DNA of 57,030 bases, filler included, from Sphacelaria rigidula (lineage: Eukaryota), in NCBI GenBank assembly GCA_964200075.2. It is 7 parts of 7 records of this genome, joined end to end, with 100 filler letters (N's around TTAATTAATTAA, not from the genome) between each part and the next. Parts side by side here need not be neighbours in the genome. Positions count along the whole stretch, not along the records: positions 1 to 8,062 come from CAXNAA020012443.1; positions 8,163 to 16,224 come from CAXNAA020012444.1; 5 more parts are not named here. The stretch is one strand, 5' to 3'. Made by a program: the position numbers and the translations under genes. Every line of letters begins with the position of its first letter. The stretch's first letter is position 1. Under the pieces are notes generated by a model that saw only the letters and a list, made by a program, of their open reading frames with translations, made no database searches and was not told the origin of the DNA. Shown here one piece after another: positions 1-11,363 of the stretch.

Positions 1-133
1 GGATGCATAACGCGACGCTGAACGCAGTAGCCCCCCTCCCGGCTCTTCCGACCCCCCCCCAAACCCCACCTCTTCACTTCGATTTCCAGTAAGCACCGTC
101 CAGGGAGAAATAGGAACAGCTTGGAAGCACACC

Positions 134-3100
134 TTGTTCCAACCTGCGTTTCTCACCGCAAAACCGTATCCTGCGGTCCACATAGCCATGACGATTTTCA
201 GGGGCTCCAGTGAGGACGTAGAGTTCCACAGCGTACAACAATTTCACGAGTTGTACGGGAAAACGTTGCCCGAGCATTATTATTTCGTGCCTGTTACGGC
301 GGACGGGGCAGACTCAGCCCACGAACATGCCGAGAGGCGTTTTCACGATGCCCTGAGCCTGGCGTTTGACAAGTTAAAGTCGGCAAGAACGGGTTTGAAG
401 AAGGCAGCTGAGGATTGCGACAAGGCGGAAACGAAGAGGGAAAATAGTCTGGCCGAGAGGGCGTTGGAGTCACGGGCGCGAGAAAAGTATCAGGTTGTAT
501 GCAGCTTGCCAAATGCTTCACTCTTCGATACGCACATTGCGTCTGCATCGATGCCGCGCAATTCTGCCGCACGGTGTCTTGGGCGACTATATTTGTTGCA
601 TACCGCGTTCGTCTCACGGCGCCCTCGTGTGCACGGATTCCTGCTTGTGGCCTGCAGGTGGAACTCGATCTTGATAAGCGCGAGGCTGACGTGATCCGTT
701 TGACGGGCTTATACTTGGTGAGTAAGGGGCGAGCGCACCCGCTTTCATGTACGTAGTGCGACCTGATCCACTACTGTAGACGGGGGCACGATGGCTGCAG
801 GCAAATGCTATATAAAATGGCAGGACTCCGACCTTGAACAGCGGGGTGTGGAGAGGGCACAGGGAAGAAATATTTCGAGGAGGATTGAAATGAGGCCTTG
901 TGCACGACTGGAGGGCAACCTTTCGCTAATATTTGCATCAAAACGCTCAGATACCTGAAAACAAATGTTGTAGAGTGCGTTCCAAGGCGCTCGCTAACCC
1001 GAAATGGGTCTCTTATTCTGCAACACTCGTTCCAAGGCGCTCCGTCTGGAATGTGATTTGACTTTGCGTCATCCACGTACGTCTGGTGCGCCGTCGCTGT
1101 ACTGTTTGAAATACTGCTGTGTCGTCGTTCATGTACTCACAGAAACCACGGAAGTCTGAAGAAGAGGCCATCGCCGCGGGGTAGAGGTTCACTGCCGAGC
1201 GGAAGGTAACATTCGCTAAACCGAAAAATAGGAAACTGCTCTCGATCATCGAGGCGTGCAACATGAACGCGCAAAAAAAACACAGCAATGGCCTATGCCG
1301 TGTTGATGGATTTATGCCGTCTGATACTCACTCCTCCCGTGCATGAATTGCCGCGTGCAGGAGGAACGTGTGGCAGACGTCAGGCGGAAGGCCGCAGCTG
1401 CGGAAGCAGAGGGGATAGCCCGGGCGAGCCGACAGGTCGAAAATGCCGGGACGGAAGATGCCCAGCGAAAGGCAGAAGAAAATAAAAAAAGGGAAGAGTG
1501 GGAACCAGAACGATGGTGGGGCTAACGGCGCAGAAGAGCGGGGAGGTCGGGGGGGGGGGGGGATGGGGGAACGCGCCGGCGAGCAGGGACTTCTTCCGGC
1601 GGGCGATGTCCAGGGCGCAGTCAGGGCGGAGGTGGACAAACGTGCGAAAGAACAACGGTTGCGTAGACTCTCTCTAGAAGCGGAGGCTAAGATAGACAGG
1701 GATTTCAAGGCTGACCGCGAACGGCGTGCCCGTCGCAAGCTCAAGAGGAGGGCGAAGAAGTATAAAGTACGAGAGCACCGGAATGCAGAGAAGGTGGGCA
1801 CCACTGGCTTGCTTGTGTGCCTGCAGGGAAATGTTCGTGACATCGCGTCGAGACTTATAAATACCATCGAAATCTGCCTGTGAATACGAGCCATGCTACG
1901 ATAGGTGGCGGGATATTTTGGGCCGTTTACTTCCACGACATTCCACCTGAAACTGTCGTCGAAAGCTGCAACGGTTTTTCAAACCCGCTTAGTTTCGACA
2001 AATAGCGCACGTTCATACTACTTGGCACCGCTCTCAACCAAGTAGAAGCGCACCGCGAGTGTGTTCAGCCGTCTGACGTGCCCATCAGCCCACTTGTTCG
2101 TGGAAGCAAACACCCCCCCCCCTCTATCGTGGCATGCCTCATACTGTGTCTGTTCTTGTCGAAATGTTCGCCGGGCTCTCACAAGAATTGGGCAGATGAT
2201 TGGCACCAGGTTATTGGAGGGGTACGTGCGGTCGATGTTGTGCTGATTCGGCGGACATGTATATGTTTTCACCCGAATTGACCATACATGCTCTCATGTA
2301 CTGCGGTGCCCGCTGCGTTAGGGGTCCGAGGATATACAAGTCGGCACCCGTCTTCACGACGGGTGGTGAAATAAAGTAATCCTTGGCTATGGGACGGTGA
2401 TGGGCGTTAACTGGGATTCTTCAGGCCAGGTGGTGGTGAGCTACGAAGTCTTCTCGCGCACGAGTGGGAAATTGCAGACGATGTTCCCGACGGCCCTGAG
2501 AAAGGATGCCGCGCACGCACGGCGTGTGGCGGCGTCGGGGGGGGGGTACGGATCAGGGCAGTGGCTGTGACGAACGCAACACCGAAAGCACGGAGAGAGG
2601 ACGTTCTCGGCGGCTGCGAGGTGGCGATCGTGCCGACAGTGATTGGGAGGATGGAATTTCGGATGAGGACGGCGACTCTCATGACGACAGTACGGAGATG
2701 ATTGATGACGATCGTCCTCGGCAACTTCGAGAGAGCGGGTGTTCCGACAGTGATGGGGAGGGCGGACGTTTCGATGACGACGGCGGCTCTCATGACGACA
2801 CCACGGACATCGGTGATGACGATCGTCCTCGGCGACGGCGAGATGGTGAGCTTTCCGAGATTGTCGGGGAGGGCGGAGGTTTCCATGACGGCGGCGGTTC
2901 GCAGGACGACAGCATGGAGATCATTGAGGGAGACTGCTCGCCGTGGCGGCGAGATAGCGAGCGTGTCGACAGTGATGTAGAGAGTGGGAGTTCCGCAGAG
3001 GATAGTGGCTCTCATGACGCAACACAGGCGTCACGGAGCAAGACCGTTCTCGGCGGCGGCGAGGTGATGAGCATTCCGCCGGTGATAGCGATGCTGGAAG

Positions 3101-3345
3101 GTCGGAGCAGGATTGTACATACTGTGACCACTGCACCCACCTCCCACAAGAAGTCCGTTCTCGGCGGCGGCGGGAATGCGAGCCTTCCGCCGATGATGGG
3201 GCTAACGGAAGTTCGGAGCTGCACGGCGGCTCCCACCACCACAGCAGCGATTGTGGAGAATACGATCGTGGTGGCTCCGAGGAGTTCAACGAGGCGGATG
3301 ATCGATGTTCCAGAACGACGAGCCAATATCTGCATGGCTGCATGA
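134..3345 (+). pseudogene. Spliced, decayed coding region upstream of the MULE transposase: charged coiled-coil-like exons plus an acidic repeat region. Either an N-terminal extension or a second element gene.
   Basis: Exon-like segments with GT/AG borders, e.g. donor tatcag|gttgta ~492, cag|VELDLDKREADVIRLTGLYL|gtgagt ~659-718, cag|EERVADVRRKAAAAEAEG ~1361. K/E/R-rich translations and a D/G-rich ORF at 2506-3345. Stops and frameshifts present. No recognisable family motif. Confidence 0.45.
2633..2990 (+). repeat. Coding tandem repeat, 111-bp (37-aa) unit, about 3.2 copies
   Basis: Units start at 2633, 2744, 2855 and ~2966. They translate as e.g. DSDGEGGRFDDDGGSHDDTTDIGDDDRPRRRR. Confidence 0.85.
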
Positions 3346-3559
3346 ACGGGCAAAAGGTGCGGACAAAAACGTGTACTGGTCCATTGAGTAATAAAACTAT
3401 GCCGAGAGTGCGCGCGCGTCCTGGGAGCGTCAATGGTACTCTCACTCGTTTCTTCGTGTTCTCCCGCCGGACAGGAAGCACTCCCAGGGTATACTGCAGA
3501 CACAGGGGGCCAAGAAAACAACGGGAGCAACGCAGGCGCGGCGCCGGTTGCGAGGATTG

Positions 3560-6500
3560 GTCGTTCATTCACCGTCACAGGTTCCCCCGAAGACACTTGG
3601 GGCTCTGTCTTCGCCGAGCTCCTGCGCGATTTCCGCCAGGCGGGTCATGAGACGCCGCGGGTGCGACGGGTGATAAAGGTGGGTGCCATGCAGCAACGAA
3701 CAGGTGACATGACAACCACATAAACACACGGGGCACACTGTCAGGAGCGATCGGCGCTGGGCACATCGCCTCTTCGCGCGGAATAAATGAAGAGGAGACC
3801 TCATGCAATGAAGACGTGACAAAATCAACGAATCCCGCCCGATCGCAAACACTTGCATCCTTCATCTTGCAGACGGCGGACGGGTCGAGGTACACTTACT
3901 GCAAGATCGAGTGCGAGCATTCGGGACAACCTCGGATAAAGGACCAGATGAAGCCGGGTGGCTACCGTCGAGCCGTCAATCCATGAAAAAAAGGCAGTGA
4001 ACACTGTGTCGGCAACCTGGCGTATGTCGGTAGAACATACGACAGACTCACCACACGATGTTGGAGGCCGATGTTCCCACGATTTCTGCGCAACGTTCTT
4101 TCGTCGTGCCCCTATAGCACACGTGTGTTGGTGCTCACCATCCCACACCGTTAGCAGGACAGGACGCCTGTCGGCAACTTTGTGCTCAAAGGACGCCTCC
4201 ACTCGTAACCTCCTGGACAGGTGGGATGTCCATTTCTTGTCAGCATCACCTGGGCTCTTTGGGATGATGCGCCACACGTCACGTGGTGAGTGCTGCCGTC
4301 CGAACCCAGTCGCCAAAAACTAGATATTTTTTCGGCGTTTCGGGCGCGGACACGTGTAGCACCCGACAACATCCACCCCCTCCCCCCCCTTCTGCTCGCC
4401 TTGATTCCGTACCACCAGTCCCTTGAGAATCATAACCACGACCCGCGGGGATCGATCACAAGGGCTGATCCTCATATCCTCCCTACCTCCATCGTTGCAA
4501 CGAGGGAAAGAGGTTTTCGGAAGTGGACGGCGGCTGGCCTCCGAGCCGGGGACATTATATAATTACTCGAAGCGGATGGTGGGGGTTTGCTACTCGGCGA
4601 AGATGGGGAAAAAAAGGTGAGCGAGGAGCACTCTGGTCATGAGTAGTGGCGATTCAACCCTCTGCATCACTCGGGAGAGTCCTGTCCACCGCTCATCGTG
4701 TCATTCATGTCCCTATCCCTTTCTATGTTTGAGGTGGATGATCACGTTCCAGGTCCGCAACATGATGCAGAAGGTGCGGAAGGGTTTCTACTCCTCTCCA
4801 CAGGATGCGACCGAATTCTTGTCTACCCTCAAAAGCGAGCCCGATATGTTCTGCGAATAACAACTGCATGCAGAAGGAAGACTCGTGGATGCATACTGGG
4901 CCACCGCAGAGCAGCAACAGAAGTGCGTAAGATACGGAGGTTGTATCCAGTTGGATACGACGGTGCTCGTGTGCAGGTGAGAAGGAACGTCGGGATGTGT
5001 TCCACGCTTGCTGTCTCTGTATCCGTACTTTCGTTGTTCAATGATGCGTGCCGTCACCGCCCCACGTTTAATGTGGTTCGCAGACACGAATGCCCTTTTC
5101 TCTTTATGGTGGGCGTGGGCAGCGAGAATCGCAGCTGCATCCTGGGGTACAGCCTCTTGCGGTCTGAGTGCACCGAGGCTTTCGAGTGGATTCTTGACAA
5201 ATACTGCTGAGCGAGTGGTGGGCGCCGATCCAAGGTATCCTTCACGCCATGTGAACATACTTTTCACCTCTCGAGACCGACAAGTTCTGCTGCTCCCAGA
5301 ATTTTTCTCCGCCGATGCACTATTTGCGACAGTTGCCCCTCTTGACATGGACCGACGTGTTGGTGGTTATGGTGACAATATTTATCAATTTTCGCCGCTG
5401 CACAGGTTGTGCTGTCAGATGCGGATCTGGCAATAACGGCTGCGGTGGAGACGTCCTGGCCCAGCACGCTCCACCTGTATTGCTTGTGGCACATTTTCAA
5501 AAACGTGCCGAAACATTGTTTTTCTTCGCTGAGCGACAGTAATCGGTCAGTATTCATGCACAAATTCTCGTGCGCAGCCTACGCAGCCACTCCCGAGGTG
5601 AGGGATGGTATGTGGTATTCGTCCCAAACACTGTCGGCGGGTCCCTCAAAGTGTACGTCGATGAGCGCACGTGCTGGCGGAGTATCATCTTGGTTGTATG
5701 CGAATCTCATCAGGAAAACGGTAACAGGTAGGAGCTGAGCGATCTCACTCGTGAAAATCCCCTCTGCCCCTGTATTGCGTCAGGTATTCGGTCGCTTCCA
5801 GCATGAGGTGGAGACAATGGCCAAGGGGACCAAGTGCGAGGGTTACATCACCGACATGTTAGCATGAGTACACAGCACAAGTGGCAGAAACCCCCAAAGT
5901 GGGTCTCATTTCCACGACCATGGCCTCCATGTCGTTTATTGCATACATCCGTGTCTATCGGTGGTCGTTCCTGGGCACAAGTTGGAATGCAACTTAACCC
6001 GACCCTCCATCCGGCGCCGTGTGTTGCATCCGCTGACCGGCCTCTCCATCCCTTCAGGAAAAAATGAAAACGGGCTTTTTCCTGCCGGCCGACACATCTT
6101 ACCCTGGGTATGGTGGCGACGCAGCGAACGGAGGGTCTGTTCGGGGTGGCAAAACAAACTGGCATCCATAGGGGCCTGTCACTGTGCGCCCTTTTGGACA
6201 AACGTCGTCAGTTGGAAATGCACCTGTTGATCGAGACCGAGAGGTGAGGCACTGCACGCTCATGCACAATCCCAATTGAGGAGATGAGGGTCGCCTAGGA
6301 TCTCGGGCAAGCGGTGATCTTGTTTGAAATAATAGCCGATCTTGGATTACCTTGGAGCCGTCTCTTTCACTAACTCGTGTTGGATGGTCGCGTGTCTCGA
6401 TCCTTAACGTTGTGCGCGAACAGCAACCGTGATGTGTCTTCGTAGTCGGCGAATTTCAGAAGCTCGCTCCCACTCGCAATCGACTTGACGTTGGGGACAA

Positions 6501-8062
6501 TTCATGAATCAACGGACTAGTCAGTCACTCAATCCGTCGATGATTCCGTGCAGCTTCACTACTGGAAGTCATTGTAGTCTCGTTCCATGGGCATACATAT
6601 CCTGGTGAATTCGTGTCTGTTGAGTCTCACGGAACTTGGTCTTTCGGATGTCCGCCAGGCTATCGTCCCGCCGCATCGATACCGGGAGAACATTCGCTGT
6701 GAAGGACCTGGAGAGCATGTTCCGACCCATTCTGGACAGTCTGCGGGCCGCCGGGGCGAGTAATTACTGCGAGAAGGTCAGTACTGACTTGCGTCGTATC
6801 GACTCGGAGTGTCCCGTACGTAGCACACCATGATCACGCTGCGTACACCGCGGGTCTTGGCGTCAGAATTGCTACGCTTGTCGCTTTCAGGAAGAAATGC
6901 TGTCGGTGGTTGCCTCTATGACCGGCTTTTAGACCGACTTTTATGCACTGGAATGTGGACTTGTACGAGTTGACGATTTCAGCAACAATATCAGGTGATT
7001 TCCTCTCGCGGATTGAGTTTTCGGACCCCAGTCTGTTGGGCAATGTTTTTCGGCTACCTGTGAGCAAGCCAGATCAGTTCTCCCATTCCCCACAGGTCGA
7101 TTGTGTTATGTGACCTTTCCGAAAAAAAAACAGGCACTCTACGATCTCGCCGCCGCGAGAGTGACGGAGATGCCGTCGAGATCGTAGAGTTGCCCGTTTT
7201 TTTTTCAGAAACGTGGTACATGAAAGTCAACGTCGAGGGAATCGAATAATCGATCTGGCTTGCTCACAGCTAGCCGCAAAACATTGCCCAACGGAGTGGG
7301 ATCCGAAAAATCAGTCCGCGTGAGGAAATCGCCTGATATTGTTGCTCAGATCGTGAATTCGTACAAATCCAGATTCCGGTGCATAAACGTCGGTCTAACA
7401 ACGCTCAGAGTATAAAGTCGGGTTGCGCGATTGAAATGACCGGCTTGTGCTCTGTTCTTGCCCGTGCAGGAGCTCCGAGTGGAGTTCTCAAACGGATGTC
7501 AGGCTTACGATGTCAGCATCGCACGAGGGCCAAGGGATGCCGACGGCAGACCGATCCCCGTCAGTGCTGCCTATGTTCGCCGCCTGTCGTCGGTGAACCC
7601 CCGAGCGAAGATCTTGCAAGAGGCGCCAGATTTAACGGGCCTGGAAATTGACTTTCACGGCGCGCCGGACGCCAGCATGTGGGCGCGCACTTCTCTGGAG
7701 GAATTTTTGAACGTGATTTTCTGACGTCCCCGCTGAGGCCGTCGCGATAGTACAGTACAAGCTGACAACTCGGGCGTCGCGCCCGAGCCATCTCGTCGTT
7801 TTGGGGCTCGGCAAATTTCACCTCTGTTCTTGCCTGCAGCTTCTGCGCCGTGGACTGCCATGCAGGCACTACTTCGCCGTCTTGCCGCAAATGTTGGAAA
7901 AAATGGTGGACGCGGGTGGCGAAGTCCAACACCCGTTCGACAGTGCGTGTGTGCACAACCGTTGGCGGGAGCAAACCGATGGCCAGGACGCTCCGTGGAG
8001 CGTGCAGCAGGTGCTCCGGTCGTCGGGGCATGGTGAAGGCTGGGACGGAGTTCGCGACGGTG
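3560..8062 (+). mobile_element. Mutator-like (MULE/FAR1-type) transposase pseudogene, intron-containing, truncated at contig end
   Basis: Spliced motifs in canonical order: FAR1-like C...HNH (~3870-4440); EGRLVDAYWATAEQQQKCVRYGGCIQLDTT (first D, ~4870-4965); FMVGVGSENRSCILGYSLLRSECTEAFEWIL; VLSDADLAITAAV...LYCLWHIFKN (second D, CxxH); LGMVATQRTEG (catalytic E, ~6105-6140); SWIM finger CSCLQLLRRGLPCRH (~7825-7870). In-frame stops at 4858 and 5208 plus frameshifts. Confidence 0.9.
6932..7395. mobile_element. Foldback/MITE element, nearly fully palindromic, flanked by TA
   Basis: Left arm gaccgacttttatgcactggaatgtggacttgtacgag... matches the reverse complement of the right arm ...gaattcgtacaaatccagattccggtgcataaacgtcggtc. 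Pairing continues to a loop at ~7150-7177. TA lies at 6930-31 and 7396-97. Confidence 0.88.
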
Positions 8063-8162
8063 NNNNNNNNNNNNNNNNNNNNNNNNNNNNNNNNNNNNNN
8101 NNNNNNTTAATTAATTAANNNNNNNNNNNNNNNNNNNNNNNNNNNNNNNNNNNNNNNNNNNN
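8063..8162. other. Artificial contig spacer N44-TTAATTAATTAA-N44. Also at 16225-16324, 24387-24486, 32548-32647, 40709-40808 and 48870-48969.
   Basis: Six identical 100-nt spacers. The core gives stops in all six frames. Intervening segments are 8062 or 8061 bp in non-increasing order. Confidence 0.98.
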
Positions 8163-8693
8163 CTTCAGTGAAAGCTGTCACCTACACGATCAATTTGACA
8201 CATCACTTGATCGCAACGACGTTGTCAGTCCATTGCAATAACAAAAGATCCCCTCTTCTTGTTGTAGGAAAAACCGATTAGTGTCCGGAACAGTTTCAGT
8301 TCCGAACTGCCCCCCCAGGCGTAAAAATGCTTTGTGCGGTATCTCACCAACTAGACCGCCGAATTCCTCGAATGGGGTACTGTACGGTAGCTGCATGCAC
8401 AGGACGTGTGCTCATGCAAAAAAAAAAATGAGTGTAAGGAACGCTAGAGCATCCACTCTGAATCCGATATTTCGCTCTGAATCTCACGAATATGTTGTCA
8501 GGCGTGTGCTTACAGCTACAGTACACGTCGATGTCCTGCTCAGGAATATCAAGGACCTCAGTGGCAAGCTACTACAGAAAACATATCGGCCCCCGTGGAG
8601 GGGCATTTCGGAACTGAAACGACCCATTTTTACTAATTGAGCGCTTTTCACTCTCAATTGTATCCTCTGCTCTCAATCTCATGAATACATTTG

Positions 8694-8904
8694 ATAGAGA
8701 GTTTCAGAAAACGCTTTTTGGTCATTTCAGAGTGAAAATATCTCAGGATTAGAGGGTAACGAAAAAAAAAATCCCTCTCCGTCGAACGTGGTATCCCCTC
8801 AACTTTTTTTCGATGATGAGGTGTTTTTTTTATTCTGCACCATGTCTGGTCCTGGGATATTTGCACTCTGAAATGTCAAAAAAGCGTTTTGCGAAACTCT
8901 CTAT
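8694..8904. mobile_element. About 210-bp palindromic MITE-like element
   Basis: atagagagtttcagaaaacgctttttggtcatttcagagtgaaaatatctcagga aligns to the reverse complement of tcctgggatatttgcactctgaaatgtcaaaaaagcgttttgcgaaactctctat. Weaker pairing continues inward. TA at both ends. Confidence 0.82.
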
Positions 8905-9364
8905 AGTCTGCTATAACACATACTAGTACCATAATTACGCATCTAACAGGCCACTCTAAGAAATGAGAACGAGCTTTTTGCTTGAAAACGAACTGAGGTC
9001 GAAGTTGTATATGATATTGAACCTATTAAACACCTGTCATAGATCGCCTTGGGAACAAAAAACTCTGACGTGTTGTTGTTGTTGTTGTTGTCTTTACATC
9101 AAAACGTACTGTGCTGTGTTATTTGATGTCATCAATTTCGACCTTAGTCCGTTCCAATGCAAAAATCTCGTTCCTATTTTCAAGATGGATCGCCTGCTAT
9201 CTGCCCATGAAATACACACTCGGGAATAAATTTGACTTTCATGGATTACAATGGCAGGAAGTGCAATGAATAACCACTTTAAATGGGATCCTTAATGGAA
9301 CACCACAACTCCAGATCCGGAACACCATTATCTGCTACATCAGCTTCGTATATATTTGATCAGG

Positions 9365-9526
9365 GAAAAATATGTAATATCTCGGAAAAGTGCCTTATTG
9401 GAGTATTCGATACATAAAAAAACATTTCCTCTCCCGAGAAGGCAACACAGATTTTGACACCTCGGAATGACCTGCCTTGCTATATTTGAGAGGGTTCTGG
9501 AGCACCATTATTGCGTTTTCCGGTGA
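9365..9526 (+). repeat. Dispersed repeat; diverged copy at ~30535-30673
   Basis: Shared blocks in the same order: aatatct(c)gga(a)aagtgcctt, acacctYggaatgacYtgc, gttttccggtg. Confidence 0.6.
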
Positions 9527-11135
9527 GAACAATCCAATATGTGGCCGAACGAGTGAACTCTTGTACAGAGTGTCAAAGTGCAGAGATATTCCGTTTTCTC
9601 GTTGTGTGTTTCCGCCAATGTTCTTCGGTGGAGGGTGTGGAAAGTCTCTAATGTGCCCTAGTATCAAACGACCTGCACTGAAAATAATGCAAAAATGCGC
9701 TGGAAGTCTCCCAGAGAGTAGAGAGCAAGACAATCCGAGGGGTCAGAATCCGGCTAACCCTCTTCTTGGGCGAAATGCGCCGCAGAAGGGCAAAAAAGGT
9801 ACTTTCCTGAGAGATTTCTTCGCCGGATCATTGTAAGCGACGGACGTAGTAAGCTCATCGTCCCGGATCGTCATATATTGATTGATGATATGTCGTGAAC
9901 AAAAAAAATGAGCGAGAAGAAGGGGCGCATTTGGGGAGGAGTGAAGTTCTAAACGGTTTGGGTACAAGCGAACTTTGTAGCGTAGAGTTTGATTGGTTGA
10001 TTGATTGATTGCTTGATTAGAGTGATATGAAACAATATAATTCGGCGGATTTTGCCGACCACAACGGCGAATCGCACTCACCACGGCAAAGCTGTTGACA
10101 CGGTTATGACGAGATATATGTCGCCCAATACAGTGCCCGACAGCCTTGCCGTAGTTCTCAATCAACTCATCGATTATCTGTTCTGTTTTGTGACAATCGG
10201 CTATGAACTAAAGCAGCATCAATAGCCCACTTTTGGACAAATGTTTTAGTCCTAACTACCTGTTTTATTTTATTTTATTTTCAACATACTTTCATGCAGA
10301 TGGTAGAGCTGGGCGGCTGCTGTTTGACCAATATCGCCCCAACCCCACTGGAAAAATCATCTTACACTGCGGTGAACGGTGACTTCCTCCAAAGATGTCC
10401 AGCGTCGAGCTTGGGTGCCTTCAGGTGCCGGCGTATGCGTTGGAATGTCGTTACCGTACTGTTCTCACCACGAGTACTCACGTCACGCTTGCGAAATGTG
10501 CCTCATCCCCCACAAGATGAAGTTGCACTGCAGTCGCATCCACCCAGGATTGAGGTATTGTGCTCCAAAGGCCATTGGAGAGTACAATCGGTTGGCGTCG
10601 TTGTTTTGCCCGCGCAATATTCGGCTAGCAGACCCTACCAAGCTCTTCTCCAGCTCGGTTACTGTTGAGGGGCAACGTCGGCAACGCATTCCATTTCAAC
10701 AACTCGATGGGGGCGCGTTATCCTTAATCCACACCTTAATCAGGCGCCCCCCACTCTAAATTAAATAACACATGATCCTCCCATAGGTCTGGAGTAACCC
10801 CAGTAAACGAACAGTCCGCAGAAAACACTATACGAAAGAAACACACGCGGAGCTCGACTCCAGTGCATCAAAATGGCACAGCAAAGTAATTTATCGCATT
10901 TGAACCGAAAAAAGAAAAGGCGCGAGTCTGCAATACTACCCCGCATCACTCGAGAACATGTGACAATCAAACGACGAACGCCCACTCAGTGAAGCTGCCG
11001 TAGCCTGTACGGCGTTACCCGGTCATCATCCCTCTGGGGCTCATGATAATCGTTAATCGTGCTTGACGACCCCTTTATCACTGAGCGATACGATTACTTC
11101 CGCAAAAAGGTTCCAATATGAAAGGCGCGTCATGG

Positions 11136-11363
11136 TCAACTTGTTGTCGCTGAGTGTAGGTGTTGTAATCTAGCCTGCAGGCGCTCCTTCGATGCATGCA
11201 GCTCTACGGCGCCGTGTTGCGCCGATGGCAAGCCGGCAACTAGAGCGTACGAGGCTCTGGACTTTTCTCGAATGCCTTCGAACAAAGCTTTCACGTCGTC
11301 CAACGTGATGTTTTCGTCGTCGAGAGCTTTCATCGCAGAGTCGATATCGAGCGGTTCAATAGC
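11136..11363 (-). CDS. Isolated putative exon, unknown product
   Basis: Acceptor-like ccttgcgtacag| followed by natural-looking AIEPLDIDSAMKALDDENITLDDVKALFEGIREKSRASY. No partner exons identified. Confidence 0.3.
   Translation of the reverse strand, partial: AIEPLDIDSAMKALDDENITLDDVKALFEGIREKSRASYALVAGLPSAQHGAVELHASKERLQARLQHLHSATTS

Noticed and set aside
8107-8118. Recurrent TTAATTAATTAA as a biological motif
   Set aside because: Always centred in N-runs; it is an assembly linker.
10294-10759. Possible decayed retroelement coding fragment
   Set aside because: Only vague resemblance; no diagnostic motif in any frame.
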